A DNA stretch of 25,491 nucleotides from a virus (IMGVR_UViG_3300037044_000210:1-25491), one strand, 5' to 3'. Counted from the first letter of the stretch, positions 6,773-14,883 are shown. The notes: a model not told the origin generated them from the sequence alone. Program-made: numbers and translations.

Positions 6773-8133
6773 TTGGTCATGACCCCATTCAGTTCTGCGT
6801 GGACATCCCCGGGATAGTGAGCGGATACGATCTGCCAGCTCTCCCGGTCGCCACCGACGTTTTCCATGGTCGTGAATGCGCCTGTCTTCCTGTTCCACAG
6901 GTTCAGATAGGCGCGCTTCCCAACCATCTGGACCGACGGGCGCACGCCCGGCGAGAAGACCGTCTCGGCAATCGCCTGCTCGAACCGGCCATCGGCCAGC
7001 TCGGCGGCATGCCCTTTGGCCTGGTGCGCCAGTCCATAGCGACCGGCGGTTCCTGGCTCCAAGGCGATCTTGCCGGCCTTGATTCCGATGCCGTCGGCAA
7101 TCTCCCGGGAGAGGTTCCCGAGGACGATCTTGTCGGCGCCGATCTTGCCGCTTTCCGCGAAGCCCGCAGCCTGGCGGCGGATGAATGCGGCCGCCGCCGC
7201 CGGATCGCCGGCGACGGGGATCGTCGCCGACGCTGCGGCGGAGGGAATGCATCGCACCCTGCAACCCGGATTCTCACGGGCGAACGAGGCCATGCGCTCG
7301 ATGACGGCCTGGCGCATGGGGATGCTGCGCACGCGGCTCATGTCGCAGGTCTCGAACGCCTCCTTGACATCGAACACGAACCCGCTCTTGGGCGGGGTGA
7401 TGGCGAGGGATCGGCCCTGGTGGACGACGGCGTACCCCTCGCGGCCGCGGCCCGTCTCCGGCTTGGCGTTGCCCACGCCGAGGGCCTTGGCCTCATCCTC
7501 GTCGCAGCCCTCAATGGTGCATCGGCAGCCGAACTCCCAGGGGGGAGTGTGCGTGTCCCAAAAGGGATGATCCTTGGGGAGGACGAGGTTGTGGAGGGCG
7601 GCGTGTCCGTCGCGGGCACGTCCGTCCTGGGTGGCGATGTAGCGGTAGTAGGGCTCGCGCTCGACCATGTCGGGATCGAGGTCGAACTCGCGGCGGCCGA
7701 CGGCGGCGGCAATGGCGGCGTTCTGGCGGAGGACGAGGTTGAGGCGGGCCGTGGATGCGATGTTCGCAATGCCGCGGCGGGCCAGCCACTCCTCCTCGGA
7801 GACGCCTGCGGGCGGGGTCTTGGCACGGGCGACGTCGTCGGCCAGGCGCTGGGTCGGCGGGGGCTGCTTGCCGAGCCACTGCTTCACGGCGGTGCGGGCC
7901 TCGGCCAGGCCGATCTCGCCCTTGGTGTAGGCGTCGGAGACCTCGCGGAGTTTTTCGACCACGCGGGCCTCGGCGACCTTCGCCGAGAAAAAGCAATGGG
8001 CACGGACCTTGGGCGGGAAGTCCTTCGAGAGGGCCAGCTCCTTGCTGCCCATCTTCGTGGCTACGTTGGCGCGGCCGGCGAGCCACCGGTTTGCGGCGTC
8101 ATAGGTGACGGGTCCATTGAGGGCTGTGGTCAT
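6769..8133 (-). CDS. MuF (gp30-like) head morphogenesis protein with C-terminal putative nuclease domain
   Basis: MuF motifs RLNLVLRQN, YRYIATQDGRARDGHAALHNLVLPKDHPFW...PPWEFGCRC. About 190 extra C-terminal aa with YGLAH..KGH and WQIVSAH, reminiscent of BECR/PBECR-fold RNases. Confidence 0.85.
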   Translation of the reverse strand: MTTALNGPVTYDAANRWLAGRANVATKMGSKELALSKDFPPKVRAHCFFSAKVAEARVVEKLREVSDAYTKGEIGLAEARTAVKQWLGKQPPPTQRLADDVARAKTPPAGVSEEEWLARRGIANIASTARLNLVLRQNAAIAAAVGRREFDLDPDMVEREPYYRYIATQDGRARDGHAALHNLVLPKDHPFWDTHTPPWEFGCRCTIEGCDEDEAKALGVGNAKPETGRGREGYAVVHQGRSLAITPPKSGFVFDVKEAFETCDMSRVRSIPMRQAVIERMASFARENPGCRVRCIPSAAASATIPVAGDPAAAAAFIRRQAAGFAESGKIGADKIVLGNLSREIADGIGIKAGKIALEPGTAGRYGLAHQAKGHAAELADGRFEQAIAETVFSPGVRPSVQMVGKRAYLNLWNRKTGAFTTMENVGGDRESWQIVSAHYPGDVHAELNGVMTK

Positions 8134-9719
8134 CGGAGGGAAACCCTCCGTTGACGCCCGACCTGGGTTGGCCGTGCCGTTCTGATCCGCTGGGCCGAGT
8201 CGGCCATGCCGGTGGCCGCCGCCGCATAAGATGTGTCCTCGCCGGCCTTGGCCAGGTGGGAGGAGTCGAAATCGTCCAGGAAGTCTCCCGGGAACTTGTC
8301 GAACTGATCCAGGATGTCATCGTCGTCATCCTCGGAGATTGCGAATTCCGCGAGGCGGCCTGCGAACTTCGCACCCCATTTGTCCGCCCGCCCGGAGGCC
8401 TCGAACTCGGCGGCGGCGGCATCGGCCAGGACGTCGGTGTCCAGTTCCTCGGCGGCCAGCGGCAGGGAGCGGGAAGAGAACGGCATGGAGGCGGGGAGTT
8501 GCGGGCGACGGGTCAGCTTGAACCCGAACCGGTTGCTCATTTCCTCGGCATCCGCCTCAAGGCCAGCGGTATTGAGCTGGGACAAGGTCTCGGCCAGGGA
8601 CTTGGTGTTTTCCGGGGGCTCGGAATGGAAGGTGAACACGGGAGCGGCGACGCCGTCGGCGAGGCGGAATTCCGCCCAGACGGCGACGAGCTGGGAGTTG
8701 ACGGTGGTCGCCAGGGCGGTGCAGTCGCCCTCAAGGATATCCTGGCGGACCTGGGACTGGGCGCCGTTGTTGGACCAGCCGCCCTCGCCGGAGGTGCCGA
8801 GCTGGCCGAGCACGACCTTGGTGATGGCCTGGGCGAGATAGTCGAGCAGCTTGAAGTAGACGTCACCGGTGTTGTTGGCGGCTTGCAGCAGCTCGATCTC
8901 CATGGCCTTGGTGAAGAGGCCGCCGCCCGACGGGCCAAAATTCCGGATCAGGCTGCGCAGGACGTTGCGCTCGGTGGTCCAGCTCTCCTGGTCGACCTTG
9001 GCGACCACGAAGGGCATGCCGTAGCGCTCGATGAAGCTGAGCAGATCCTTGATGTTGATGTTGGCGAAGCAGTGCAGCCAGGCCAGCGGCCGGATGAGCC
9101 CGGCCCGAGCCACGTCCGGACCGCGCCGCCGCAGCCGGTGGATCACCAGCTTGCGGGGCGGCAGCTCGATTCCCTGGGGAGCGTCGCGGGTGATCAGCCG
9201 AGGCGTGGACAGGGAATCCCGGAACGAGAGGTGCCGCTGGTCGATGTATGCGAACCCGAGGATGGTGCCGCCCGGACCCCAGACGATCTCGGAGACGGCG
9301 AACCCGGGGAGCAGCGCCGAGAGCAGGTCGTTGAGCAGTTCGGAGAAGGAATCAATGCCCTCGTTCGGGTGGCCGGTTGCGGCCAGCTCGGCGGCGAGGA
9401 GCTCGGCGGCCTTGGCGGCGGCGGGGGTGTCGTCTCCGGGCTCGATCGTCCAGGGAATCCCCAGGACCGCCAGGCGGCGGGTCTGGATGGCCTGGGAGAT
9501 GTCCCAGTTCTTCTCCTCAAGCTCGAAGGCGAGGCGGGATTGGTCGGCCAGATCGCCGGAGTTGGCCGCCGTCAGGATCGCGTCCACCTTGGTCGGGGTG
9601 AGGCCGCGCGACACGTCCGGGTCACGGCGGTCCGCCGGCTCGGCAATGCACGTGCGGCCCGTGGCCGGAGCGACGGCCGGAGCTTCGGGAATGGGCCTGC
9701 CTTGGGGATCGTACAGCAT
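8130..9719 (-). CDS. Portal protein (Mu gp29-like, DUF935)
   Basis: Start MLYDPQGRP at 9719 (TGATG overlap with terL). Motifs GLIRPLAW, FIERYGMP and AITKVVLGQ..T. Confidence 0.92.
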   Translation of the reverse strand: MLYDPQGRPIPEAPAVAPATGRTCIAEPADRRDPDVSRGLTPTKVDAILTAANSGDLADQSRLAFELEEKNWDISQAIQTRRLAVLGIPWTIEPGDDTPAAAKAAELLAAELAATGHPNEGIDSFSELLNDLLSALLPGFAVSEIVWGPGGTILGFAYIDQRHLSFRDSLSTPRLITRDAPQGIELPPRKLVIHRLRRRGPDVARAGLIRPLAWLHCFANINIKDLLSFIERYGMPFVVAKVDQESWTTERNVLRSLIRNFGPSGGGLFTKAMEIELLQAANNTGDVYFKLLDYLAQAITKVVLGQLGTSGEGGWSNNGAQSQVRQDILEGDCTALATTVNSQLVAVWAEFRLADGVAAPVFTFHSEPPENTKSLAETLSQLNTAGLEADAEEMSNRFGFKLTRRPQLPASMPFSSRSLPLAAEELDTDVLADAAAAEFEASGRADKWGAKFAGRLAEFAISEDDDDDILDQFDKFPGDFLDDFDSSHLAKAGEDTSYAAAATGMADSAQRIRTARPTQVGRQRRVSLR

Positions 9720-11218
9720 CAGTAGCTCCAGGCGGGTTGGCGGTCGGGATCGTCGGCGGCGGAGTTGTCGGGACCGCCGTCGGCGCGCGTCTCGTTGGCG
9801 GCGTTGGCGGGCTCGGCACGGCAGGGGCCGAGGTCGCCGGTGGCACCCGCGTGCCAGGCCAGGGCCAGTGCCCAGAACCTGTCTGAGTGCCCCCCCTTGC
9901 CCCGGTCGGCGGTGATGCGGATGTTGCCGGCGGCGGTGGTCTCCTTGCGGATGGCGCGCAGATCGGCGCGGATCTCGGGGCTGCACGGGATGCGCAGGTT
10001 GAGGTCCTCGAATGCGGCCTTGAGCGGGTACGCGAGCTCTTCCTTGACCGGACCGGTGAAGGTGACGGCCTCGACCTTGTAGGTCCCGAACTTCTGCTGG
10101 GCACGCTCGGCGAGCTGGCGACCGATGCCCGTGTTGTCGATGCAGCAGCGGCGGACCTTGGGCAGGGCGAGGATCGGATAGAGCTCGGCCTCCTGGGCGT
10201 CGAAGGTCTCGTTCTTCATGGTGACGACCTTGCGGGTCAATCCGCGCCCGGCAGCCTTCTCGATCACCCAGATGACCGTCAGGTCATGGGTGCGGCCGAT
10301 GTCCACGCCCACATGGAGCGGGTTTGCGCACGCGGCGAGCTCGGCCAAAGTGGCCTCCCAGGAAAAGCCGGTGCCATACTCGCACGCGGCGATCTGATCG
10401 TAGGACAGGAACGCTCCGGCATCGTCGGCCGGGGCGCACATGTACTCCTGGAGAAAACTCTCCTCGTCGGCGCAGCCGGAGCGGATGAAGTCGAAGTAGG
10501 CGGCCTCGTCCATCTCCTGGCGGGGATCGTCGGGCGGCAGTTTGGCCTGGAGCTTGAACAGGAATCCTTGGTCTAGCGCGTCCTGGAGGGTGACGCGGTG
10601 GAGGCTGAACGCCTTCTTGTTCCCGCGCTCGCGAATCTCGCGGACCAGCTCGTTGAAGTAGTTGGCGCTGCCCCGGTGCGTGGAGACGATCTCAAGCTGG
10701 CCGCCCCAGGTGATGCCCGGATAGGCGATGGTGTAGAGCTTGCGGGGATCGGGATGGAGGGCGAACTCGTCGAGGACGCGGTCGCCGCGCTTGCCCGCCT
10801 GGGCGTCGGCGTTCGAACTCATGGAGTGGATGCGCAGGCCGTTGGCCAGGGCCAGGATGAACGCGGAGTTCCCCTGATCGTCGACCACCCGCTCTCCCAG
10901 GTCCTTGCCGCCCGCATGCAGGATGGCGGCAAAGGCCTTGCTGTCTTCAAGAAACAGCCTTGCCTGGGTCTCGTCGCGGCTGGACACCCATGCGTCCAGG
11001 ACGGCCCCCTTGCGGGCCTTGCGGCGGACGAGCGCATAGGCGGTGGCCCAGGAGATGCCGATCTGGCGCGCCTTCTCCATGAGCTTGAGGCGGGAATCGT
11101 CCAGCACCCAGCGCTCCTGGTAGGGCAGGAGCAGCGCGTCCCGTGTCGGGTAGACCTTGCAGCGCCCCGCGAACTTCGCGGGAACATGGGCGGGGCGGAT
11201 GTTGGTGACGGTATCCAT
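9719..11218 (-). CDS. terL: Terminase large subunit (Mu gp28-like)
   Basis: LLPYQ, EKARQIGISW (Walker A), VLDEFA (Walker B), QEYMC, GVDIGRTHD and GHSDRFWALALA. Confidence 0.95.
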   Translation of the reverse strand: MDTVTNIRPAHVPAKFAGRCKVYPTRDALLLPYQERWVLDDSRLKLMEKARQIGISWATAYALVRRKARKGAVLDAWVSSRDETQARLFLEDSKAFAAILHAGGKDLGERVVDDQGNSAFILALANGLRIHSMSSNADAQAGKRGDRVLDEFALHPDPRKLYTIAYPGITWGGQLEIVSTHRGSANYFNELVREIRERGNKKAFSLHRVTLQDALDQGFLFKLQAKLPPDDPRQEMDEAAYFDFIRSGCADEESFLQEYMCAPADDAGAFLSYDQIAACEYGTGFSWEATLAELAACANPLHVGVDIGRTHDLTVIWVIEKAAGRGLTRKVVTMKNETFDAQEAELYPILALPKVRRCCIDNTGIGRQLAERAQQKFGTYKVEAVTFTGPVKEELAYPLKAAFEDLNLRIPCSPEIRADLRAIRKETTAAGNIRITADRGKGGHSDRFWALALAWHAGATGDLGPCRAEPANAANETRADGGPDNSAADDPDRQPAWSY

Positions 11219-11763
11219 CAGAGCAGCTTCGCCTTGTGTTCGATCTCCTCAATGGCCTCGTCGGAAAGCCCGCCGGAGGAACGCTTCCCGCCGGTGAGAT
11301 TGGAAATGGTGACCGACAGCTCGGCGATCTTGGCCAGGAGCAGGGCGCGTTCCTTCTCCCACTCGCGGGAGACGGCGTCCTTGAGGACCTTGCCGAGGGA
11401 GGCGAGGTCGCGGGGGGCGAGCTCGCCGTGCTTGATCTGGTCCATGGCCTTGCGGACGAGCTCGTAGGCGGCGACATCGGTCATGTCGCGCAGGCCTCCG
11501 TCGGCATTGATCATCGCCGCCGCCATGCGGTCGCGGTCGGATTCGTCGGCCCAGGCCCGGCGACGCTCGCAAAACTCCGCGAACTCCGCGGACTCGCGGT
11601 AGGCGCCGAAGGTGGAGTTGTGCAGCTCAATGCCCTGGCACGCGGCGGCGATCTCGGCGTCGGCCCGGATCGCATCGTAGGTCGCGCCGTCGTCGAGCAG
11701 CTCGCAGATCCGGAGGCGGATCCCCGCCGGAAGCCTGGTGATGTTGTTGCGCGGACGTGCCAT
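11218..11763 (-). CDS. terS: Terminase small subunit (Mu gp27/DUF3486-like)
   Basis: MARPRNNITRLP..IR..I..LL..G.TY..I N-terminus and GLSDEAIEEI C-terminus. TAATG overlap with the upstream gene (alternative start 11769). Confidence 0.75.
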   Translation of the reverse strand: MARPRNNITRLPAGIRLRICELLDDGATYDAIRADAEIAAACQGIELHNSTFGAYRESAEFAEFCERRRAWADESDRDRMAAAMINADGGLRDMTDVAAYELVRKAMDQIKHGELAPRDLASLGKVLKDAVSREWEKERALLLAKIAELSVTISNLTGGKRSSGGLSDEAIEEIEHKAKLL

Positions 11764-12335
11764 TACCATTTCCCCGAGTGGGCGTTGAGTTGACTGAGGG
11801 CGGTCGGCGCGTGGGACACCATGAACGTGGCCGGGAAATTCGGCTCCGCGTCGATGGCGACCAGGCGCACCTGGCGGCGGGCTTCGGCTACCGACTCGGG
11901 CGTGTGGTGGCGCCAGGCATACAGCCAGCCGCCGGCGCGCACGCCGCTGTAGTTGGTGTTGCGGCGGGACCAGGAGACGCCCATGTCCTGCTGGAAGTCG
12001 AGGTACAGCCAGTCGCAGGTGGCGCGGTCGAACAGCTCAGCCTCGTAGGCGGCATCGTGGAAGACGCCCGGGATCAGGTCGCGTCCGCTGTACGGGTCGC
12101 CGACCGCCGTCCATGCCGCGCGCGGCTTGCTGTTCCCGTCCGTCAAATAGCCGGGCTCGAGCAACACCGACTGGCCACGATCCAGGAGATCGAAGCGCAG
12201 CGGCGATAGGCACATCATCCAGTAGCGACCATCCTCTTCGTCCCAGGTCGGGGCGAAGAGGGGCGTGCCGCGGATCGCCCAGCGCTTGAGCGGAGCGTCG
12301 TGAGGGACGTAGTGGCGGCGGGCTGGGGTGGTCAC
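11763..12335 (-). CDS. DUF1353 family protein
   Basis: PGYLTDGNSKPR...HDAAY...R..CD..Y......GV...R....Y.GVR.GG pattern; GTG start overlapping the upstream stop. Confidence 0.75.
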   Translation of the reverse strand: MTTPARRHYVPHDAPLKRWAIRGTPLFAPTWDEEDGRYWMMCLSPLRFDLLDRGQSVLLEPGYLTDGNSKPRAAWTAVGDPYSGRDLIPGVFHDAAYEAELFDRATCDWLYLDFQQDMGVSWSRRNTNYSGVRAGGWLYAWRHHTPESVAEARRQVRLVAIDAEPNFPATFMVSHAPTALSQLNAHSGKW

Positions 12336-12472
12336 TTCTTCTTCTCCATGAGCTTCTTGGCGGCCTTGGTCCCGGCCTCGATAGCCTTCTTGCGGTCTTC
12401 CTCGGGCACCTTCTCCCAGGTCGTCTTTCCCCAGGCGAACGCACCCTTGAACCAGGTCAGGAACTTGTTCAT
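12332..12472 (-). CDS. 46-aa cationic amphipathic peptide
   Basis: MNKFLTWFKGAFAWGKTTWEKVPEEDRKKAIEAGTKAAKKLMEKKK; ATGA and GTGA overlaps at the two ends. Confidence 0.7.
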   Translation of the reverse strand: MNKFLTWFKGAFAWGKTTWEKVPEEDRKKAIEAGTKAAKKLMEKKK

Positions 12473-12756
12473 TTCAGGCTGGCCCCCGAGAGGTTGATGT
12501 CCAGGATGTCGACGACCTTGCTGTCGCCCTCGCTCCAGAAGGACCAGCCCGTGTCCTCGCCGTACTGCACGGCGGCAAGCTCGCCGGTGGCGTGGTACTC
12601 GGCCCGCCATGAGGTGCGCGTGCGGCATCCCTGGAGGGCGGCCATGGCCAGCAGCAGCGCCGCCGCCAGGAGCAGGGCGCAGGCGAGGCGGCAATAGGGG
12701 TCGGCGGCCGCCATCCACGTGAAGGGAGTCGTGGGCCTCAGCGGGAACGGGCGCAT
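12469..12756 (-). CDS. Small lipoprotein (spanin-like or envelope accessory)
   Basis: GGAGG SD before ATG 12756; hydrophobic LACALLLAAALLLAMAA then lipobox-like LQGC. Confidence 0.65.
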   Translation of the reverse strand: MRPFPLRPTTPFTWMAAADPYCRLACALLLAAALLLAMAALQGCRTRTSWRAEYHATGELAAVQYGEDTGWSFWSEGDSKVVDILDINLSGASLK

Positions 12757-13181
12757 GAGGCACCTCCCCTCGGGCCGCCGGAGCAAACGGCCGGTTGTGG
12801 ACCACGATGGCCGCCCGGAGCAAAAGCGGGGCGGCCGCCGACCGAAGTCGTGAAGAGCATGAAGATGGTGAAGGTCACAGCCAGGATCATCAGCGCCTGG
12901 CGGCCCCAGAGGTACACGTCCAGCTTGACCTCGCGGTTGATCTGGTTCAGGCCGGCCGCCGTAATCCGGCGGTAGGCGCCGTTCGAGTCGGGAATGTTCT
13001 CGACGTACCCGTTGATCAGCAGGTTGCCCCATTCCTCGGCCACCTGGTCCCGCGTGACGCGCAGGAACGGCAGGCGGTAGAACCGCATCAGGTCGTCCAG
13101 GCTCAGGGGAATGCCCGGCGTGTAGTACACATGGGCCTCCAGGATCGCCTGGCGCAGCTCGTAGATCCGGTCGTCTCGCAT
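12738..13181 (-). CDS. Hypothetical protein, Mu gp26-like winged-helix region with hydrophobic C-terminal extension
   Basis: LRQAILE...VTRDQVAEEW..L...GYV....RITAAG pattern; GGAGG SD; position before terS. Confidence 0.6.
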   Translation of the reverse strand: MRDDRIYELRQAILEAHVYYTPGIPLSLDDLMRFYRLPFLRVTRDQVAEEWGNLLINGYVENIPDSNGAYRRITAAGLNQINREVKLDVYLWGRQALMILAVTFTIFMLFTTSVGGRPAFAPGGHRGPQPAVCSGGPRGGASCARSR

Positions 13182-13183
13182 GG

Positions 13184-13624
13184 TCAGTTGCCTCCGTGGA
13201 TGGTCCGGTTGTCGCGGTGGCGCTCGAAGTTGCCGGCCACGTCCTTGAGCCAGTTCTTGCAGTTGGAGAGGTCGGCCCGCTGTGCCTCGGAGGTGGCTGC
13301 ATATTGATCCAGCTTCGCGCTCATCCGACGCATCTCGCCGGTGATGTTCTGCAACTCGGTGAGGATGCGCTGCGACTGGTCGGCGGAGAGGTGATCCGCA
13401 ACGTCCGACTCAAGGATGCCGAGCCGTGTGTCGGTGACCTCGGACCGGTCGGCGGCGACATGCTTCTCGACCGCCGCCAGGCGCTTGTCCCGAACCTGGG
13501 CTATCTCCGCCTCAAGCCGGTCCATCCGCTCGATCATCCGCTGGAAAAGGAAGTACGCCACCGCCGCGACCAGTCCGCCGGCGCCGGTGCCGCTCAGCAG
13601 CCCAACAAAAACCGAACCATCCAT
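13184..13624 (-). CDS. N-terminal membrane-anchored coiled-coil protein (Mu gp25/holin-like position)
   Basis: One TM segment (FVGLLSGTGAGGLVAAVAYFLF) then heptads; AAGGGG SD; first gene of the late operon. Confidence 0.7.
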   Translation of the reverse strand: MDGSVFVGLLSGTGAGGLVAAVAYFLFQRMIERMDRLEAEIAQVRDKRLAAVEKHVAADRSEVTDTRLGILESDVADHLSADQSQRILTELQNITGEMRRMSAKLDQYAATSEAQRADLSNCKNWLKDVAGNFERHRDNRTIHGGN

Positions 13625-13699
13625 CGCCTTCCCCTTCGTTTAGCCGTCCTGCTTGCGCCGCAGCCGACGCGACGCAGCAGGCCGGTGGGCACTTTGGCC

Positions 13700-13793
13700 C
13701 TACACTAAAGGAGAGCTGGATAACATGTTTTTAGATGTACATGTTTATGGGCAACGAGTTATGAGTAACATTTTGCCCAAATAGGCATAACAT
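13700..13793 (-). promoter_or_regulatory. Putative activator-dependent late promoter region
   Basis: AT-rich island with TAACAT at 13721, 13766 and 13788 and a TGGGCAA/TTGCCCA inverted pair. A -10-like TAGTGT (13707-13702, minus) has no consensus -35. Confidence 0.45.
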
Positions 13794-13820
13794 AAAAAAG
13801 CCGCCCCGGCAGGGGGCGGC
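13794..13820 (-). terminator. Rho-independent terminator insulating the late operon
   Basis: GCCGCCCC stem (13800-13807/13813-13820) followed on the minus strand by T6. Confidence 0.8.
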
Positions 13821-13900
13821 GATGGGGAAGGGAGGATGATCGTCAGAGGCTACGCGGATTGTAGCCTAGGCTGCGCGAAATGTAGCGGGGGCGTCACGGC

Positions 13901-13940
13901 AAAAAAAAGGCCGACCGGGTTTGATCCCGGTCGGCCTTTT
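13901..13940. terminator. Rho-independent terminator (bidirectional; strongest on minus strand)
   Basis: A8-GGCCGACCGGG-TTTGAT-CCCGGTCGGCC-T4. Confidence 0.85.
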
Positions 13941-13969
13941 CCGTGTGGGGGCACACGGGAGGGGGCGGG

Positions 13970-14302
13970 CTAGTCTTTCGGCCACTTGGCCTCGGGTGGA
14001 CTCGACTGCGCGATAGTTACCTTGCAAAAGCTCGTCGGCGGAATGCAAACGATCTTCACCGCGCCTGGCGGCATCCGGCGCTGAATCCCGTCGATCACTT
14101 GATCCAACAGGCCGATGAACTCACGGTCAGACTTGGCCTGGCCTTCCTCGTATGCCTTCACCGCCCCGAGAATCCGGCGTACCTCCAACTGTTCAAGCAC
14201 GTATTCCGCGCTCAGTTGACCGTATTCGACCTCCGCCTTCCTCAACAGTCCAAGCCCCTCAAGCCGATGCTCCAAAGGCCCCTTGCTCCGCCGTGCTCCC
14301 AT
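13970..14302 (-). CDS. Hypothetical 110-aa protein (lysogeny-expressed accessory gene)
   Basis: GGAGG SD before ATG 14302; own promoter upstream and terminator downstream. Confidence 0.65.
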   Translation of the reverse strand: MGARRSKGPLEHRLEGLGLLRKAEVEYGQLSAEYVLEQLEVRRILGAVKAYEEGQAKSDREFIGLLDQVIDGIQRRMPPGAVKIVCIPPTSFCKVTIAQSSPPEAKWPKD

Positions 14303-14330
14303 GGCTATCCTCCGGTTCAGGTTGAGGCAC

Positions 14331-14358
14331 AATATACCCGAACTCAAGGCGGACGCAA
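14331..14358 (-). promoter_or_regulatory. Sigma70-type promoter for 13970-14302
   Basis: TTGCGT, 16-bp spacer, TATATT on the minus strand. Confidence 0.55.
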
Positions 14359-14360
14359 CC

Positions 14361-14834
14361 TCACCCCTTACCCTTCTTCCCTCCGGGGGCCGGGGTCTCT
14401 GCGGCCTGGGGGAGAGGGGGCGCGGATGGCGTCTGCGACTTGGCACGCGAAGACGCGATCTTCAATAGCTCGTCCTTCTGCTCCTGCGTCAACGCCTTCC
14501 AGTACATGAGCATATACAGCAATGACCCATCTTCCCCGATCCAGTCAACCGTCTTATGGCACATCCCAATCCATGCGGGATTTTCCGTCAAATTCATCTG
14601 ACCAATAATCTTGGCATTCATTTGGTTTACCTCATCCTCAGTCAATCCGAGCAGGTCGACTATCTCCCGTGTTCGCTCTGGCGGCATGCTCTCAACCCCC
14701 CTAAGCTGCTTCGACAACACGGATGGAGTAATACCCAGCCGTGAGGCGATTGCTTCTTGCGTGAAGCCTTTTTCCTTAATAGCCGACCGCAGAGCCTTTA
14801 GAAGCCCCTCCGAGCTCTTGTCGATTGTCTTCAT
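14361..14834 (-). CDS. Prophage repressor (XRE-family HTH)
   Basis: LRSAIKEKGFTQEAIASRLGITPSVLSKQLRG HTH; AGGAG SD; divergent from the early operon. Confidence 0.85.
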   Translation of the reverse strand: MKTIDKSSEGLLKALRSAIKEKGFTQEAIASRLGITPSVLSKQLRGVESMPPERTREIVDLLGLTEDEVNQMNAKIIGQMNLTENPAWIGMCHKTVDWIGEDGSLLYMLMYWKALTQEQKDELLKIASSRAKSQTPSAPPLPQAAETPAPGGKKGKG

Positions 14835-14855
14835 GGCTTAGGTCTCCTGGCTGGC

Positions 14856-14883
14856 AATGTATCTCCCCTGAAGAAAAATGCAA
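14856..14883 (-). promoter_or_regulatory. Repressor promoter
   Basis: TTGCAT (14883-14878), 16 bp, TACATT (14861-14856). Confidence 0.6.

Noticed and set aside
9720-9986. N-terminal extension of the portal in the ORF track
   Set aside because: It overlaps the terL 3' end; the true start is the coupled ATG at 9719.
2609-11793. Long + strand ORFs (e.g. 2609-4093, 5319-6269, 6742-8154, 8151-9725, 9887-10576)
   Set aside because: Antisense shadows of high-GC structural genes; no motifs, and the minus-strand genes have clear phage signatures.
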